DNA of 64,000 nucleotides from Squalus acanthias (GCA_030390025.1 CM059432.1:152956001-153020000), one strand, 5' to 3'. Positions 13,831-27,650 are shown, numbered from the stretch's first letter. Translations and numbers: made by a program. Notes: generated from the letters alone by a model not told the origin.

Positions 13831-14602
13831 CTCCTATGATCGAGGGTTTGGATGGGCTCCTACCATCAAGGGATTGGAGGTGCTATTATAATCAAGGCAT
13901 TGGGTGTTCTGCTCTAATCGAGGCACTGGACGTACTCCAATAATAGAGGTTGAATATGCTCTTATAATCAAGGAATTGGATGCACTCCTATAATGAAGAA
14001 ATTGGATGTGCTAATACAATGAATGGATTGGATGTGCCCACATCATTGATGGATTGGAGATGTTCCTATAATGGTGTGATTGCATGTGCTCCTATGATTG
14101 AAGGATTTTACGTGGTGGTGTAATGGAGGGTTTGGATGTGCTCCTTTCATCAGGGGATTGAATTTGGTGCTTAATTGAGGCATTGGAAGTACTCCAATGA
14201 TCGAGGTGTTGGATATGTTCCTATGATAAAGGGATTTGGTTTGCTGCTCTGATGAAGGGATTGCATGTACTCCAGTAATGGAGAGGTTGGATGACCTAAT
14301 ATAATGCAGGGATCCGGATGTGCTCCTATGATACCTATAATTAAGGGAATTGAGTTGCTGCATTAATGGAGGGATAGCATGTACTCCTACTATCACAGAA
14401 CTGGATGTACTCCAATAATGGAGAGGTTGGATGTGCTTTTGTAATTGAGGGATTGGATCTGCTCCTAAAAATGTGAGATTGGATGTGCTCCTGTCATCGA
14501 CATTTTGGATATGTTTCTATAACAGTGTGATTATATGTGCTCCTATGATCGAGGAATTAGATGTAATGGAGGGGTTGGTCCTGCTCCTATAATCAAGCAA
14601 TT

Positions 14603-17160
14603 GGATGAGCTCTGGTAATCGAGGGGTTGGATGAGCTCTGGTAATCGAGGGGTTGGATGAGCTCTGGTAATCGAGGGGTTGGATGAGCTCTGGTAATCGA
14701 GGGGTTGGATGAGCTCTGGTAATCGAGGGGTTGGATGAGCTCTGGTAATCGAGGGGTTGGATGAGCTCTGGTAATCGAGGGGTTGGATGAGCTCTGGTAA
14801 TCGAGGGGTTGGATGAGCTCTGGTAATCGAGGGGTTGGATGAGCTCTGGTAATCGAGGGGTTGGATGAGCTCTGGTAATCGAGGGGTTGGATGAGCTCTG
14901 GTAATCGAGGGGTTGGATGAGCTCTGGTAATCGAGGGGTTGGATGAGCTCTGGTAATCGAGGGGTTGGATGAGCTCTGGTAATCGAGGGGTTGGATGAGC
15001 TCTGGTAATCGAGGGGTTGGATGAGCTCTGGTAATCGAGGGGTTGGATGAGCTCTGGTAATCGAGGGGTTGGATGAGCTCTGGTAATCGAGGGGTTGGAT
15101 GAGCTCTGGTAATCGAGGGGTTGGATGAGCTCTGGTAATCGAGGGGTTGGATGAGCTCTGGTAATCGAGGGGTTGGATGAGCTCTGGTAATCGAGGGGTT
15201 GGATGAGCTCTGGTAATCGAGGGGTTGGATGAGCTCTGGTAATCGAGGGGTTGGATGAGCTCTGGTAATCGAGGGGTTGATTGTGCTCTGGTAATCGAGG
15301 GGTTGGATGAGCTCTGGTAATCGAGGGGTTGGATGAACTCTGGTAATCGAGGGGTTGGATGAGCTCTGGTAATCGAGGGGTTGGATGAGCTCTGGTAATC
15401 GAGGGGTTGGATGAACTCTGGTAATCGAGGGGTTGGATGAGCTCTGGTAATCGAGGGGTTGGATGAGCTCTGGTAATCGAGGGGTTGGATGAGCTCTGGT
15501 AATCGAGGGGTTGGATGAGCTCTGGTAATCGAGGGGTTGGATGAGCTCTGGTAATCGAGGGGTTGGATGAGCTCTGGTAATCGAGGGGTTGGATGAGCTC
15601 TGGTAATCGAGGGGTTGGATGAGCTCTGGTAATCGAGGGGTTGGATGAGCTCTGGTAATCGAGGGGTTGGATGAGCTCTGGTAATCGAGGGGTTGATTGT
15701 GCTCTGGTAATCGAGGGGTTGGATGAGCTCTGGTAATCGAGGGGTTGGATGAACTCTGGTAATCGAGGGGTTGGATGAGCTCTGGTAATCGAGGGGTTGG
15801 ATGAGCTCTGGTAATCGAGGGGTTGGATGAGCTCTGGTAATCGAGGGGTTGGATGAGCTCTGGTAATCGAGGGGTTGGATGAGCTCTGGTAATCGAGGGG
15901 TTGGATGAGCTCTGGTAATCGAGGGGTTGGATGAGCTCTGGTAATCGAGGGGTTGGATGAGCTCTGGTAATCGAGGGGTTGGATGAGCTCTGGTAATCGA
16001 GGGGTTGGATGAGCTCTGGTAATCGAGGGGTTGATTGTGCTCTGGTAATCGAGGGGTTGGATGAGCTCTGGTAATCGAGGGGTTGGATGAACTCTGGTAA
16101 TCGAGGGGTTGGATGAGCTCTGGTAATCGAGGGGTTGGATGAGCTCTGGTAATCGAGGGGTTGGATGAGCTCTGGTAATCGAGGGGTTGGATGAGCTCTG
16201 GTAATCGAGGGGTTGGATGAGCTCTGGTAATCGAGGGGTTGGATGAGCTCTGGTAATCGAGGGGTTGGATGAACTCTGGTAATCGAGGGGTTGGATGAGC
16301 TCTGGTAATCGAGGGGTTGATTGTGCTCTGGTAATCGAGGGGTTGGATGAGCTCTGGTAATCGAGGGGTTGGATGAACTCTGGTAATCGAGGGGTTGGAT
16401 GAGCTCTGGTAATCGAGGGGTTGGATGAGCTCTGGTAATCGAGGGGTTGGATGAGCTCTGGTAATCGAGGGGTTGGATGAGCTCTGGTAATCGAGGGGTT
16501 GGATGAGCTCTGGTAATCGAGGGGTTGGATGAGCTCTGGTAATCGAGGGGTTGGATGAGCTCTGGTAATCGAGGGGTTGGATGAGCTCTGGTAATCGAGG
16601 GGTTGGATGAGCTCTGGTAATCGAGGGGTTGATTGTGCTCTGGTAATCGAGGGGTTGGATGAGCTCTGGTAATCGAGGGGTTGGATGAACTCTGGTAATC
16701 GAGGGGTTGGATGAGCTCTGGTAATCGAGGGGTTGGATGAGCTCTGGTAATCGAGGGGTTGGATGAGCTCTGGTAATCGAGGGGTTGGATGAGCTCTGGT
16801 AATCGAGGGGTTGGATGAGCTCTGGTAATCGAGGGGTTGGATGAGCTCTGGTAATCGAGGGGTTGGATGAACTCTGGTAATCGAGGGGTTGGATGAGCTC
16901 TGGTAATCGAGGGGTTGATTGTGCTCTGGTAATCGAGGGGTTGGATGAGCTCTGGTAATCGAGGGGTTGGATGAACTCTGGTAATCGAGGGGTTGGATGA
17001 GCTCTGGTAATCGAGGGGTTGGATGAGCTCTGGTAATCGAGGGGTTGGATGAGCTCTGGTAATCGAGGGGTTGGATGAGCTCTGGTAATCGAGGGGTTGG
17101 ATGAGCTCTGGTAATCGAGGGGTTGGATGAGCTCTGGTAATCGAGGGGTTGGATGAGCTC
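14603..17160. repeat. Homogeneous 26-bp tandem array B (~98 copies)
   Basis: Unit GGGTTGGATGAGCTCTGGTAATCGAG, with recurring variants GATTGTGCTC and GAACTC. Confidence 0.97.
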
Positions 17161-18409
17161 TTATAATGGACATGTGCTGCTCTAATGGAGGGATTGGAAC
17201 TGCTCCTATAAACAGGGGGTTAGATGCGCTGAACTAATGGAGGGATATGAGATGCTCCTATAATCAATGCATTGGATGTGTTACTTTAATCGAGGGATTG
17301 GATCGGCTCCTATAATCGATAGATCGGCTGTGTTCCTACAATAGAGAGTTCTGATGTGCTCCTGTAATGAAGGTGATGAATATACTCCTATAACTGAGAG
17401 ATTGGATGTTCTAGTATAATAGTGGGATTGAATGTGCTGCTATTCTTGAGGAATTGCATGTTCTCCTATAATGGAGGGATTGGCTGTGCTCTGAAAATAG
17501 AGGGATTGGATGTTCTCCTATAATAGAGGGATTGGATGTTCTCCTATAATTGAGGGATTGGATAGGCCCCTCTAATGGACGGATTGCATGTTCTCCTGGG
17601 ATTGAAGGTGCTCCTATAATTGAGTGATTGCACCTGCTCTTATAAAAGAGGGATTTGATGTTCTCCCATAATTGATGGATTGAATGTGCTCCTTCAATTG
17701 AGGAATTGGATCTGCTCCTATAATTGAATGATTGGATGTTCTCCTATATTTGATGGATGGGATGTGCCCCTATAATGAAGGGGTTCGATCTGCTCCTATA
17801 ATGAAGGGACTTGATTTGCCACTATAATTGGGGGATTGGATGTGGTCCTATAATGAAGGGATTCAATGTGCCACTATAATTGGGGGATTGGATGTGGTCC
17901 TATAATGAAGGGATTCAATGTGCCACTATAATTGGGGGATTGGATGTGGTCCTATAATGGATGGATTGGATGTGCTCTAATAAATAGAATCCCAATAAAT
18001 TTTGTGTTCAGCACTAAAAGTATTATTTTGAAATGTTACTTTCAATTCATTTGTAGCAGATGCAGATCACAAAGCAGAAATCAGAATGATGCACACACTG
18101 CAAGCCTGCCAATCATTAAAATCAATGCTTTTTAAAGTGAATTCTAGATTAAACTAGATGCAGCTATTGATCATTCTCTCAAATGAGAAGTAAGTATTGC
18201 AAAACATAGTAGCTGAATCAGCAAAGCAAAAGCTAATCTGTACAAATATGTGCTTTTAGTTTCCCTTCAAATTTGTGGCAAAATCCTTACTGTTACCTGA
18301 TTTAAACCTAACTAAATATAGTGTCGTTTAAAACAAGCGGAGATTTTCATATAGGATCTATGGATTCCACCATAAACACCTACAAACTATTCCAGGTAAA
18401 TGTGGTACA

Positions 18410-19227
18410 AGTTATGTAAAGGTATCCCGTGTTGAGCCTCCGAGCTGAACATGTTTCCCCGAGTAAGGAGAAAGGCTCCAGCCAAAGGATTTACTCCTGT
18501 AGAAGTTTCTCCTGGCATGAACCTGTAGCTCTGCCGTTGTGCTTTGGGCCCACAGGAACTTCAGATCCCGGGCCTCTCCCAAGAGCCGGCGCGCAGTGCT
18601 TGCGTGTCCCAGGGGCGCAGTTAGTGCGATGCGAACCCTGGGATCACGTGGGCCATGGAGAGCCAATGGCAGCAGACCATCTTTCATTCATAGATTTGAC
18701 AGGAGACCTGTCAAATCTATGAATTGAAATCGGCCCCAAAAGAACATCTAAACTTCAAATAAATTAAAAAAACAAAACATCACATTTATAAAATAACTAT
18801 AGTTAAATAAATTAACCACTTTAAACAAAAATTTTAATTTTTGAAAAAATTAAAATACTTTTTAAAAGTTATAAAAATAAACTTACCTTTCTTTAAAGTA
18901 TCTAAAAAAGATAAACCTGTTGAAAAAATTTAAAATTATACTTAATTAACTACTTACCTTGTTCAAAAGGGGTCTTACGCCTCCTTTTTACTTGTGTAGA
19001 ATCTTCAATACTTAGCCTCGCGTTGAAACCTGAAAAAAAATCTAAGTGTGCTGCGTGCGCACAGCCTGTAGTGCGCACGCGGTTCACCTAGGAACCGCCC
19101 CCTTCACCATACCGGAAGTTCCGGTTTCCCGTGCATGCACAGTGCATGCAGGAAACCGGCACTTCGGGAATGAATACAGGTGAGTACGGACTGTGTACTC
19201 ACCCGGGAACGGCCGAATTTTTGGGCC
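18410..19227. mobile_element. Probable non-autonomous DNA transposon (Harbinger-like right end), rich in internal hairpins
   Basis: Ends CGGCCGAATTTTTGGGCC, similar to other TIRs here. GC-rich flanks, AT-rich core, perfect internal inverted repeats. Left TIR not recognised. Confidence 0.45.
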
Positions 19228-19593
19228 ATTATGTGCACTTGCTTTATGGGCATCTTGTTTTTTCCAATGTCACATTGTAATAGTTTATACAATAGTCAAT
19301 ATCTAGGAATAAAGACTGTAGTTTAACTTGAGATTCTGATAAAGTTGTAAACAATGAGGGGCGTGTGTTTAAGGTTATGAATATGAGCAATCTCCTCCTC
19401 CATTTGAATGACAAGTTTTACATCATTGCTACCTATGTACCTGAGATTGTGTACATGCACTAATTGTTTTTTTAAAGTTTGTACCCTTAGCACTTTGCCC
19501 TTGGTAGAGGTGATGTGATGTAGGCTAAAAAAGAATCAAATATCCATTATAGTAATTAGTTTCTTGTGACAGATGTTACAGTTTTAGGTGTTT

Positions 19594-22210
19594 TTGTTAG
19601 CTTGGCTCAGTCAGTAGCACTCTCAGCTCTTGAGTTAGCAGGTTATTGGTTCAAATAGATTAAAAGGTATGGTGGTAGATAAGCAGTGGCTAGCATTTAA
19701 AGAAATATTTCATAATTCTCAACAAAAATACATTCCATTGAGAAACAAAAACTCCACGGGAAAAGTGATCAATCCGTGGCTAACTAAAGAAGTTAAGGAT
19801 AGCATTAGATTGAAAGAAGAAGCTTATAATGTTGCAAAGAATAATAGTAAGCCTGAGGGTTGGGGGAGTTTCAGAAACCAGCAAAGGTTGACCAAAAAAT
19901 TGATAAAAAGGGAAAAAATAGAATGTGAGAAAACTAGCAAGAAATATAAAAGCAGATTGTAAGAGCTTCGACAAGTATGTAAAAAGGAAGAGAGTAGCAA
20001 AAGTAAATATTGGTCCCTTAGAGGCTGAGACAGGAGAAATTATTATGGGGAATAAGGAAATGGCAGAAATGTTAAACAAATATTTTGTATCTGTCTTCAC
20101 AGTAGAAGACACAAAAAGTATACCAAAAACGGTAGGGAACCAAGGGTCTAATGAGGGTGAGGAACTTAACGTAATTAATATAAGTAGAGAAAAGGTACTG
20201 GAGAAACTAATGGGACTAAAAGCCGACAAATCCCCTGGACCTGACGGCTTTTGGGCTCTAAAAGAGGTGGCTGAAGAGATAGTGGATGCATTGGTTTTGA
20301 TCTTCCAAAATTCCCTAGATTCTAGAATGGTCCCAGCGGATTGGAAAGAAAAGACTTGCATTTATATAGCGCCTTTCACGACCACCGGACGTCTCAATGG
20401 TCGCAAATGTAACACCGCTATTCAAGAAAGGAGGGAGAGAAAAAACAGGGAACTACAGGCCAGTTAGCCTGACATCAATCGTCAGGAAAATGCTGGAATC
20501 CATTGTTAAGGAAGTGGTATCAGGGCACTTAGAAAATCATAACATGATTAGGCAGAGTCAACATGGTTTTATGAAAGGCAAATTGTGTTTGACAAATTTA
20601 TTAGAATTTTTTGAGGATGTAACTAGCAGGGTAGATAAAGGGGAACCAGTGGATGTAGTATATTTGGATTTCCAAAAGGCATTCGATAAGGTGCCACATA
20701 AAATGTTATTACACAAGATTAGGGCTCATGGGGTTGGGGGTAATATAGTAGCATGGATAGAGGATTGGTTAATGGACAGAAAACAGAGAGTGGGGATAAA
20801 CGGATCTTTTTCAGGTTGGCAGGCTGTAACTAGTGGGGTGCCACAAGGATCAGTGTTGGGGCCTCAGCTATTTACAATCTATATTAATGACCTAGATGAA
20901 GGGACCGAGTGTAATATATCCAAGTTTGCTGATGATACAAAGCTAGGTGGGACAGTAAGCTGTGAGGAGAACACAAAGTCTGCAAAGGGATATAGACAGA
21001 CCAAGTGAGTGCACAGTCAGGTGGCAGATGGAGTATACTGTAGGGAAATGTGAGGTTATTCACTTTGGTAGGAAGAATAGAAAAACAGAATATTTTTTAA
21101 ATGGTGAGAAACTTTCAAATGTTGGTGTTCAGAGAGATTTGGGTGTCCTCGTGCAAGAAACACAGAAAGCTAGCATGCAGGTACAGCAAGCAATAAAGAA
21201 GGCAAATGGCATGTTGGCCTTTATTGCAAGGGGGTTGGAGTATAAGAGTAAGGAAGTCTTGCTACAATTGTACAGGGCCTTGGTGAGACCACACCTGGGA
21301 GTACTGTGCACAGTTTTGGTCTCCTTATCTAAGGAAGGATATACTTGCCTTGGAGGCGGTGCAACGAATGGTCACTAGATTGATTCCTGGGATGAGAGGG
21401 CTGTCCTATGATGAGAGATTGTGTAGAATGGGCCTGTACTCTCTGGAGTTTAGAAGAATGAGAGGTGATCTCATTGAAACATACAAGATTCTGAAGGGGA
21501 TTGACAGGATAGATGCTGAGAGGTTGTTTCCCCTGGCTGGAGAGTCTAGAACTAGGGGGCATAGTCTCAGGATAAGGGGTAGGCCGTTTAAGACCGAGAT
21601 GAGGAGGAATTTCTTCACTCAGAGGATTGTGAATCTTTGGAATTCTCTGCTCCAGAGGGCTGTGAATGCTGAGTCTTTGAGTATATTCAAGGCTGAGATA
21701 GATAGATTTTTGGACTCTAGGGGAATCAAGGGATATGGAGATCGGGCGGAAAAGTGGAGTTGAGGTCAATGATCAGCCATGATCTTATTGAATCGCGGAG
21801 CAGGCTCGAGGGGCCGTATGGCCTACTCCTGCTCTTATTTCTTATGTTCTTATGTTCTCATGTGCCACTATGAACTTGAGCCCATCATCTAGGCTGACAA
21901 TTTGAGTTCTGACTGAATGCTGCCTTGTCCTTTGGTTGAGACACGAGGATGCGTCTTCCTGCTCAACTGGACATGAAAGTACCACTCAAGAAGAGCAGAG
22001 AGTTCTGCCGTGGTCCTGGCCAATATTACTCCCTCAACCAACACCACCAAAAACATATGATCTGGTCATGCATTCATTTGTGTTTTGTGGGACCTTGCTG
22101 TGCGCAAAGTGGTTTCACTTTTTCTAGCAAAACAACAGTGCCGGTAATCCAAAAAGTAACTTATCAGTTCATCCCGAGGATAGGAAAGGCATTATATAAA
22201 TGGAGTTTTC
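19594..22210 (+). mobile_element. Deu-domain SINE split by a CR1 insertion (head 19594-19656, body ~21863-22210)
   Basis: TGGCTCAG...GGTTCAAAT head precedes the CR1. The Deu core resumes after the CR1 tail. Confidence 0.7.
19657..21860 (+). mobile_element. 5'-truncated CR1 LINE (RT), frameshifted
   Basis: ORFs 19669-21763 with [23 protein letters not shown] and FADD. (TTCTTATG)n tail. A 50-bp inverted SINE/L2-tail fragment sits at ~20346-20395. Confidence 0.95.
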
Positions 22211-23002
22211 CCTTTTGCTGGAATGGTTCTTTGACTATTGAATATAATTAAAACATTAACAGCACATGTGCAGAAGGTAACTGTTAATCGGAAGTAACCT
22301 GCTGAGGTGTTTGTGAGCCTGGCCCAAAGGATGAATAATATAAATTGTTCTTTACCAAGTTCCTTCAGCTTTATGAAAGACCTGGCTGACCCACTAGTGG
22401 TTGTTGCATTTATAAGTTACAGGCTTTAACATCCTGAAAGATTAATAATAACCTTTTTGCATTGTTGCAATACCCTATATGTAAGGAAAGCACATGTTCA
22501 GTTGTGGGATGTGGAAACTATTCCATCAGTGACCTAGCTTTATAATCTACAAGCAATAAAGTTTTGAGTAGGTTCTGCTAGTCAGGTCATGAGCAGGATA
22601 TTTTCCACATCAAATGGATTAACATGTGGTATTCTATTTATGGTAGGGGCGTCTGGCAAATATGCACACTTTGGAACTTTTAATTCAAATATCTCAAAAA
22701 GTTATTCTGTGAGTGTTTGATTCTGCAGAGATGGACTGGTGCCTAAAAATGCTGGTGTCACAGGCCAGGCACGCATTGTTGCAATTTTACCTCACTCACA
22801 TAACCCAGAGAGCATCCCCATTTAGTCGACACAATCGATGGTTCAGGAGCCTACTAGTGCATCACAAATGAATAAACCTACAAACTGTCAAATGCAGAGA
22901 TATTGATACTAATCAAAAACACACATGGAATCTGAGTGATGTATCCACATCTACATATGCTCAGAATCTCCAGGAATGGGGACAGAGACAGAAATAAATA
23001 AA

Positions 23003-23331
23003 CAAAAGAACCTTTCACAACTTCAGGATGTCCCTAAGCACTTTACAGGCACAGATGTACTTTTGAAGTGTAGTCACTATTGTAATGTAAGGAAAAGCAG
23101 CAGCCAATTTGCAAACAGCAAGGTCCCACAAACAGCAATGAGATAAATGACCAGATAATCTGTTTTGGGGATGTTGGTTGAGGGATAATTATTGGCCCGG
23201 ACATCAGGGAGAAATCCTTGGTTCTTCTTTGAAATATTAAAATGGGATCTTTTACGTCCACCTGAGAGGGCATACAGGGCTTCGGTTCAATGTCTCATCC
23301 AAAAGACGGCACCTCTGCCAGTGCAGCACTC
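23003..23331 (-). mobile_element. Deu-domain SINE 3' part; its 5' part lies at ~27651-27666 and 28501-28605
   Basis: Reverse-complement Deu core. SINE sequence resumes beyond the nested CR1 and L2. Confidence 0.75.
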
Positions 23332-26300
23332 ATAAGAACATAAGAAACAGGAGCAGGAGTAGGCCAATCGGTCCCTCGAGCCTGCTCCGCCATTCAATAA
23401 GATTGTGGCCGATCCAATCTTGGCCTCAACACCACTTTCCCGCTCTCTCCCCATACCCCTTGACTCCCTTGTAGTTCAAATGTCTGTCAATCTCCGCCTT
23501 GAATATATTCAATGACTCCGCCTCCACAGCTCTCTGGGGCAGAGAATTCCAAAGATTCACGACCCTCTGAGAGAAGAAATTCCACCTCATCTCCGTCTTA
23601 AATGGGCGACCCCTTATTCTGAAACTATGCCCCCTAGTTCTAGATACTCCCACTAGGGGAAACATCCTCTCAGCGTCCACCCTGTCAATCCCCCTCAGAA
23701 TCTTATATATTTCAATAAGATCCCCTCTCATTCTTCTAAACTCCAATGAGTATAGGCCCAACCTGATCAACCTTTCGTCATACGTCAACCCCTTCATCCC
23801 AGGAATCAACCTAGTGAACCTTCTCTGAACTGCCTCCAGTGAAAGTATATCCTTCCTTAAATATGGAGACCAAAACTGTACGCAGTACTCCAGGTGCGGT
23901 CTCACCAGCAAAGTTGCATCAAAACTTCCCTACTTTTATACACCATACCCCTTGCAATAAAGGCCAACATTCCATTAGCCTTCCTAATTACTTGCTGTAC
24001 CTGCATGCTAACTTTTTGTGTTTCATGTACTAGGACCCCCAGATCCCTTTGTACCGCAGCATTTTGTAGTCTCACTCCATTTAAATAATAATTTGCTTTT
24101 TCATTTTTCCTTCCAAAGTGGATAACCTCACATTTTCCCACATTATACTCCATCTGCCAATTTTTTGCCCACTCACTTAACCTATCTATATCCCTTTGCA
24201 GTCTCTTTGTGTCCTCCTCACAACTTGCTAACCCACCTATCTTTGTATCATCAGCAAATTTGGCTATAGTACACTCAGTCCCTTCAACCAAGTCATTAAT
24301 ATAGATTGTAAATAGTTGAGGCCCCAGCACTGATCCCTGTGGCACCCCACTAGTTACTGATTGCCAACCGGAAAATGACCTGTTTATCCCGACTCTTTGT
24401 TTTCTGTTAATTAGCCAATCCCCTATCCATGCCAATATATTACCCCAACCCCTTGTGCTCTTATCTTGTGCAGTAACCTTTTATGTGGCACCTTATCGAA
24501 TGCCTTCTGGAAATCCAAATACACTACATCTACTGGTTCCCCTTTATCCACCCTGTTTGTTACATCCTCAAAGAACTCTAGCAAATTTGTCAAACACGAT
24601 TTCCGTTTCATAAAACCATGTTGACTCTGCTTGATTGTCTTATGATTTTCTAAATGTCCTGCTATTACCTCCTTAATAATGGATTCCAGCATTTTACCAA
24701 TGACAGATGTTAGGCTAACTGGCCTATAGTTTCCTGCTTTCTCTCTCCCTCCTTTCTTGAATAGTGGCGTTACATTTGCGGTTTTCCAATCCGCTGGGAC
24801 CTCTCCAGAATCCAAGGAATTTTGGTAGATTACAACCAATGCATCCACTATCTCTGCAGCCACTTCTTTTAAGACCCTAGGATGCAGGCCATCAGGTCCA
24901 GGGAACTTGTTGTCCTTTAGCCCCATTAGTTTGCCTAGTACTTTTTCTCTAGTGATAGAGATTGTTTTAAATTCTTCCCTCCGTATAGCCCCTTGATTAT
25001 CTATTATTATTGAGATGTTTTTAGTGTCTTCAACCGTGAAGACCGATCCAAAATAATTGTTTAGAGTCTCTGCCATTTCTCTATTTCCCATTATTAATTC
25101 CCCAGTCTCATCCTCTAAGGGACCAACGTTTACTTTAGCTACTCTCTTCCTTTTTATATACCTGTAGAAGTTCTTACTGTCTGTTTTTATATTATTTGCT
25201 AGTTTACTCTCATACTCTATCTTCTCCCTCTTTATAATTTTTTTAGTCATCCTTTGCTGGTTTTAAAAAATTTCCTAATCCTCTGGCCTACCACTAATCT
25301 TTGCAACATTGTATGCCTTTTCTTTCAATTTGATACCATCCTTAACTTCCTTAGTTAGCCATGGATGGTGCATCCTTCTCGTAGAGCCTTTCTTTCTCAC
25401 TGAAATATATCTTCGCTGAGATTTATGAAATATCTCCTTAAATGTCTGCCGCTGCTGATCTACCGTCTTACCCTTTAATCTATTTTCCCAGTCCACTTTA
25501 GCCAACTCTGTCTTCATACCTTTGTAATTGCCTTTATTTAAGTTTAGGACACTAGTTTCAGACCCAAGTTTCTCACCCTCAAACTGAATTTGAAATTCTA
25601 CCATGCTATGATCACTCTTTCCTAGGGGATCCTTTACTATGAGATCATTAATTAATCCTGTCTCATGACACATTACCAGATCTAAAATAGCCTGCTCCCT
25701 GGTTGGTTCCTCAATGTATTGCTCTAAGAAACCATCCTGAATATACTCTATGAACTCGTCCTCAAGGCTACCCTTGCCAATTTGATTTGTCCAATCTATA
25801 TGATGATTAAAATCGCCCATGATTATTGCAGTACCTTTCTTACAAGCCCCCATTATTTATTGATTTATACTCTGTCCTACAGTGTAGCTACTGTTAGGGG
25901 ACCTAAATACTATTCCCACCAGTGACTTCTTACCCTTACTATTTATTATCTCCACCCAAACTGATTCTACATCTTGAGCTTCTGAGCCAATATCATTCCT
26001 CACCACTGCAGTGATCTCATCCTTTATTAACAGAGCTACCCCACCTCCTTTTCCTTTCTGCCTATCCTTCCAAAATGTCAAATACCCCTGAATATTCAGT
26101 TCCCAGCCTTGGTCACTTTGCAACCACATCTCTGTAATGGCTATCAGATCATACCCATTTATTTCTATTTGTGCCATCAACTCATCTATCTTGTTACGAA
26201 TGCTGCGTGCATTCAGATAAAGAGCCTTTAATTTTATCCTATCATTTTTCATTACTCTGACTCTATTTTCTGGTGCACTCTTATGCTTGTACGCTCTGCC

Positions 26301-27650
26301 CCTTCCTGATACATTCTGGTTATCATTACCCCCGTCGTTGCCCTGCACTATTGCCTTCTCCTTTCTCTTTGCCTTCCTAAATACCCCTTTACCTGAACCC
26401 CTATCTTCTATTTCCAGCTTAGCTTTTCTCCCTTCTGATTCTACCCTCAGGTTCCCATCCCCTTGCCAAGCTAGTTTAAACCCTCCCCAACAGCACTAGC
26501 AAAGCCCCCCACGAGGATATTGGTCCCGTTCCCGTTGAGGTGCAACCCGTCTGGCTTGTAGAGGTCCCACCTCCCCCAGAAACGGTTCCAATTCCTCAGG
26601 AATCTAAAGCCCTCCCTCCTACACCATCTCTCCAGCCACGCATTCATCTGCTCTATCTTCCTATTTCTGTACTCACTAGCACGTGGCACTGGTAGTGATT
26701 ACTACCTTTGAGGTCCTGCTTTTTAACATCTTTCCTAGCTCCCTAAACTCTGCCTGCAGGACCTCATCCCTCTTTCTATCTATGTCTTTGGTACCGATAT
26801 GGACCATGACCTCTGGCTGTTCACCCTCCCCCTCAGAATGCCCTGCAGCCGTTCAATGACATCCTTGACCCTGGAACCAGGGAGGCAACATACCATCCTG
26901 GAGTCACGTCTGCGGCCGCAGAAACGCCTATCTGCTCCCCTAACTATTGAATCCCCTATCACTATTGCTCTCCCTCTCCTCTTCCTCACCCCCCGCCCCC
27001 CCCCCCCCACTGTGCAGCTGAGCCTTCCATGGTGCTGTGGACTTGGCTCTGGCTGCACTCCCCAGAGGACCCATCGCCCTCACCAGTACTCAGCACCGAA
27101 TACTGGTCGGTGAGCAAGATGGGCTCAGGGGACTCCTGCACTACCTGCCTGGTCCTCCTCTTCTGTCTGACGGTCACCCATTCCCTCTCTGCCTGCACAT
27201 TCTTAAGCTGCGAGGTGACCAGCTCCCGAAACGTGCTATCCACGTAGCTCTCAGCCTCACGGATGCACAGCAGTGACTGCAGCCGCCGCTCAAGCTCCGT
27301 AACCCGGTGCTCGAGCTGCTGTAGCTGGTGACACTTCCCGCACATGTGGTCGTCCAGACCACGGGAGGTGTCCAGGATTTCCCACATGACACAGGATGTG
27401 CATTCCATCAGGTGTGAGCTGCCCTGCCATACATCTAATTAACAGACTATTTACTAACCTAGCTGGAAGAAACTTAAAACTTTAAGAAAGCCAAATAAAA
27501 ACACTTACCAGATACTCACCAATCAGCTCCCTCCCCTTGTGCCGACGTCACTTTTTGACTTCTGACGTCACTCTTTCAAAATTCTGCCGGTGCTGAGTTG
27601 GTACCGCCGCCGCCTCGCCGCTCCTCCCAGGTCCGCTCTGCCGCCGCTGC
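23332..27650 (-). mobile_element. Essentially full-length CR1 LINE (ORF1 Zn finger + esterase, ORF2 APE + RT), decayed
   Basis: ORF1 26986..27408 (CTSC...CGKC), IGDSIVRG and DGLHLN motifs. APE at 25275..26348, RT at 23426..25250 with FADD. (TTCTTATG)n tail. Confidence 0.95.

Larger units (their letters stand above)
11230..17985. repeat. 26-bp satellite domain (degenerate flanks plus two homogeneous sub-arrays)
   Basis: Consensus approximately GGATTGGATGTGCTCCTATAATGGAG recurs with 26-bp period throughout. Confidence 0.9.

Noticed and set aside
11339..17160. CRISPR-like array
   Set aside because: Head-to-tail repeats with no unique spacers, no cas genes, and a eukaryotic context. The same applies to 52693-53268.
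14543..17173. 876-aa minus-strand ORF, and the 326/335-aa ORFs at 11294-12327
   Set aside because: These are translations of 26-bp tandem units that lack stops on that strand. The period is not a multiple of 3 and there is no gene context.
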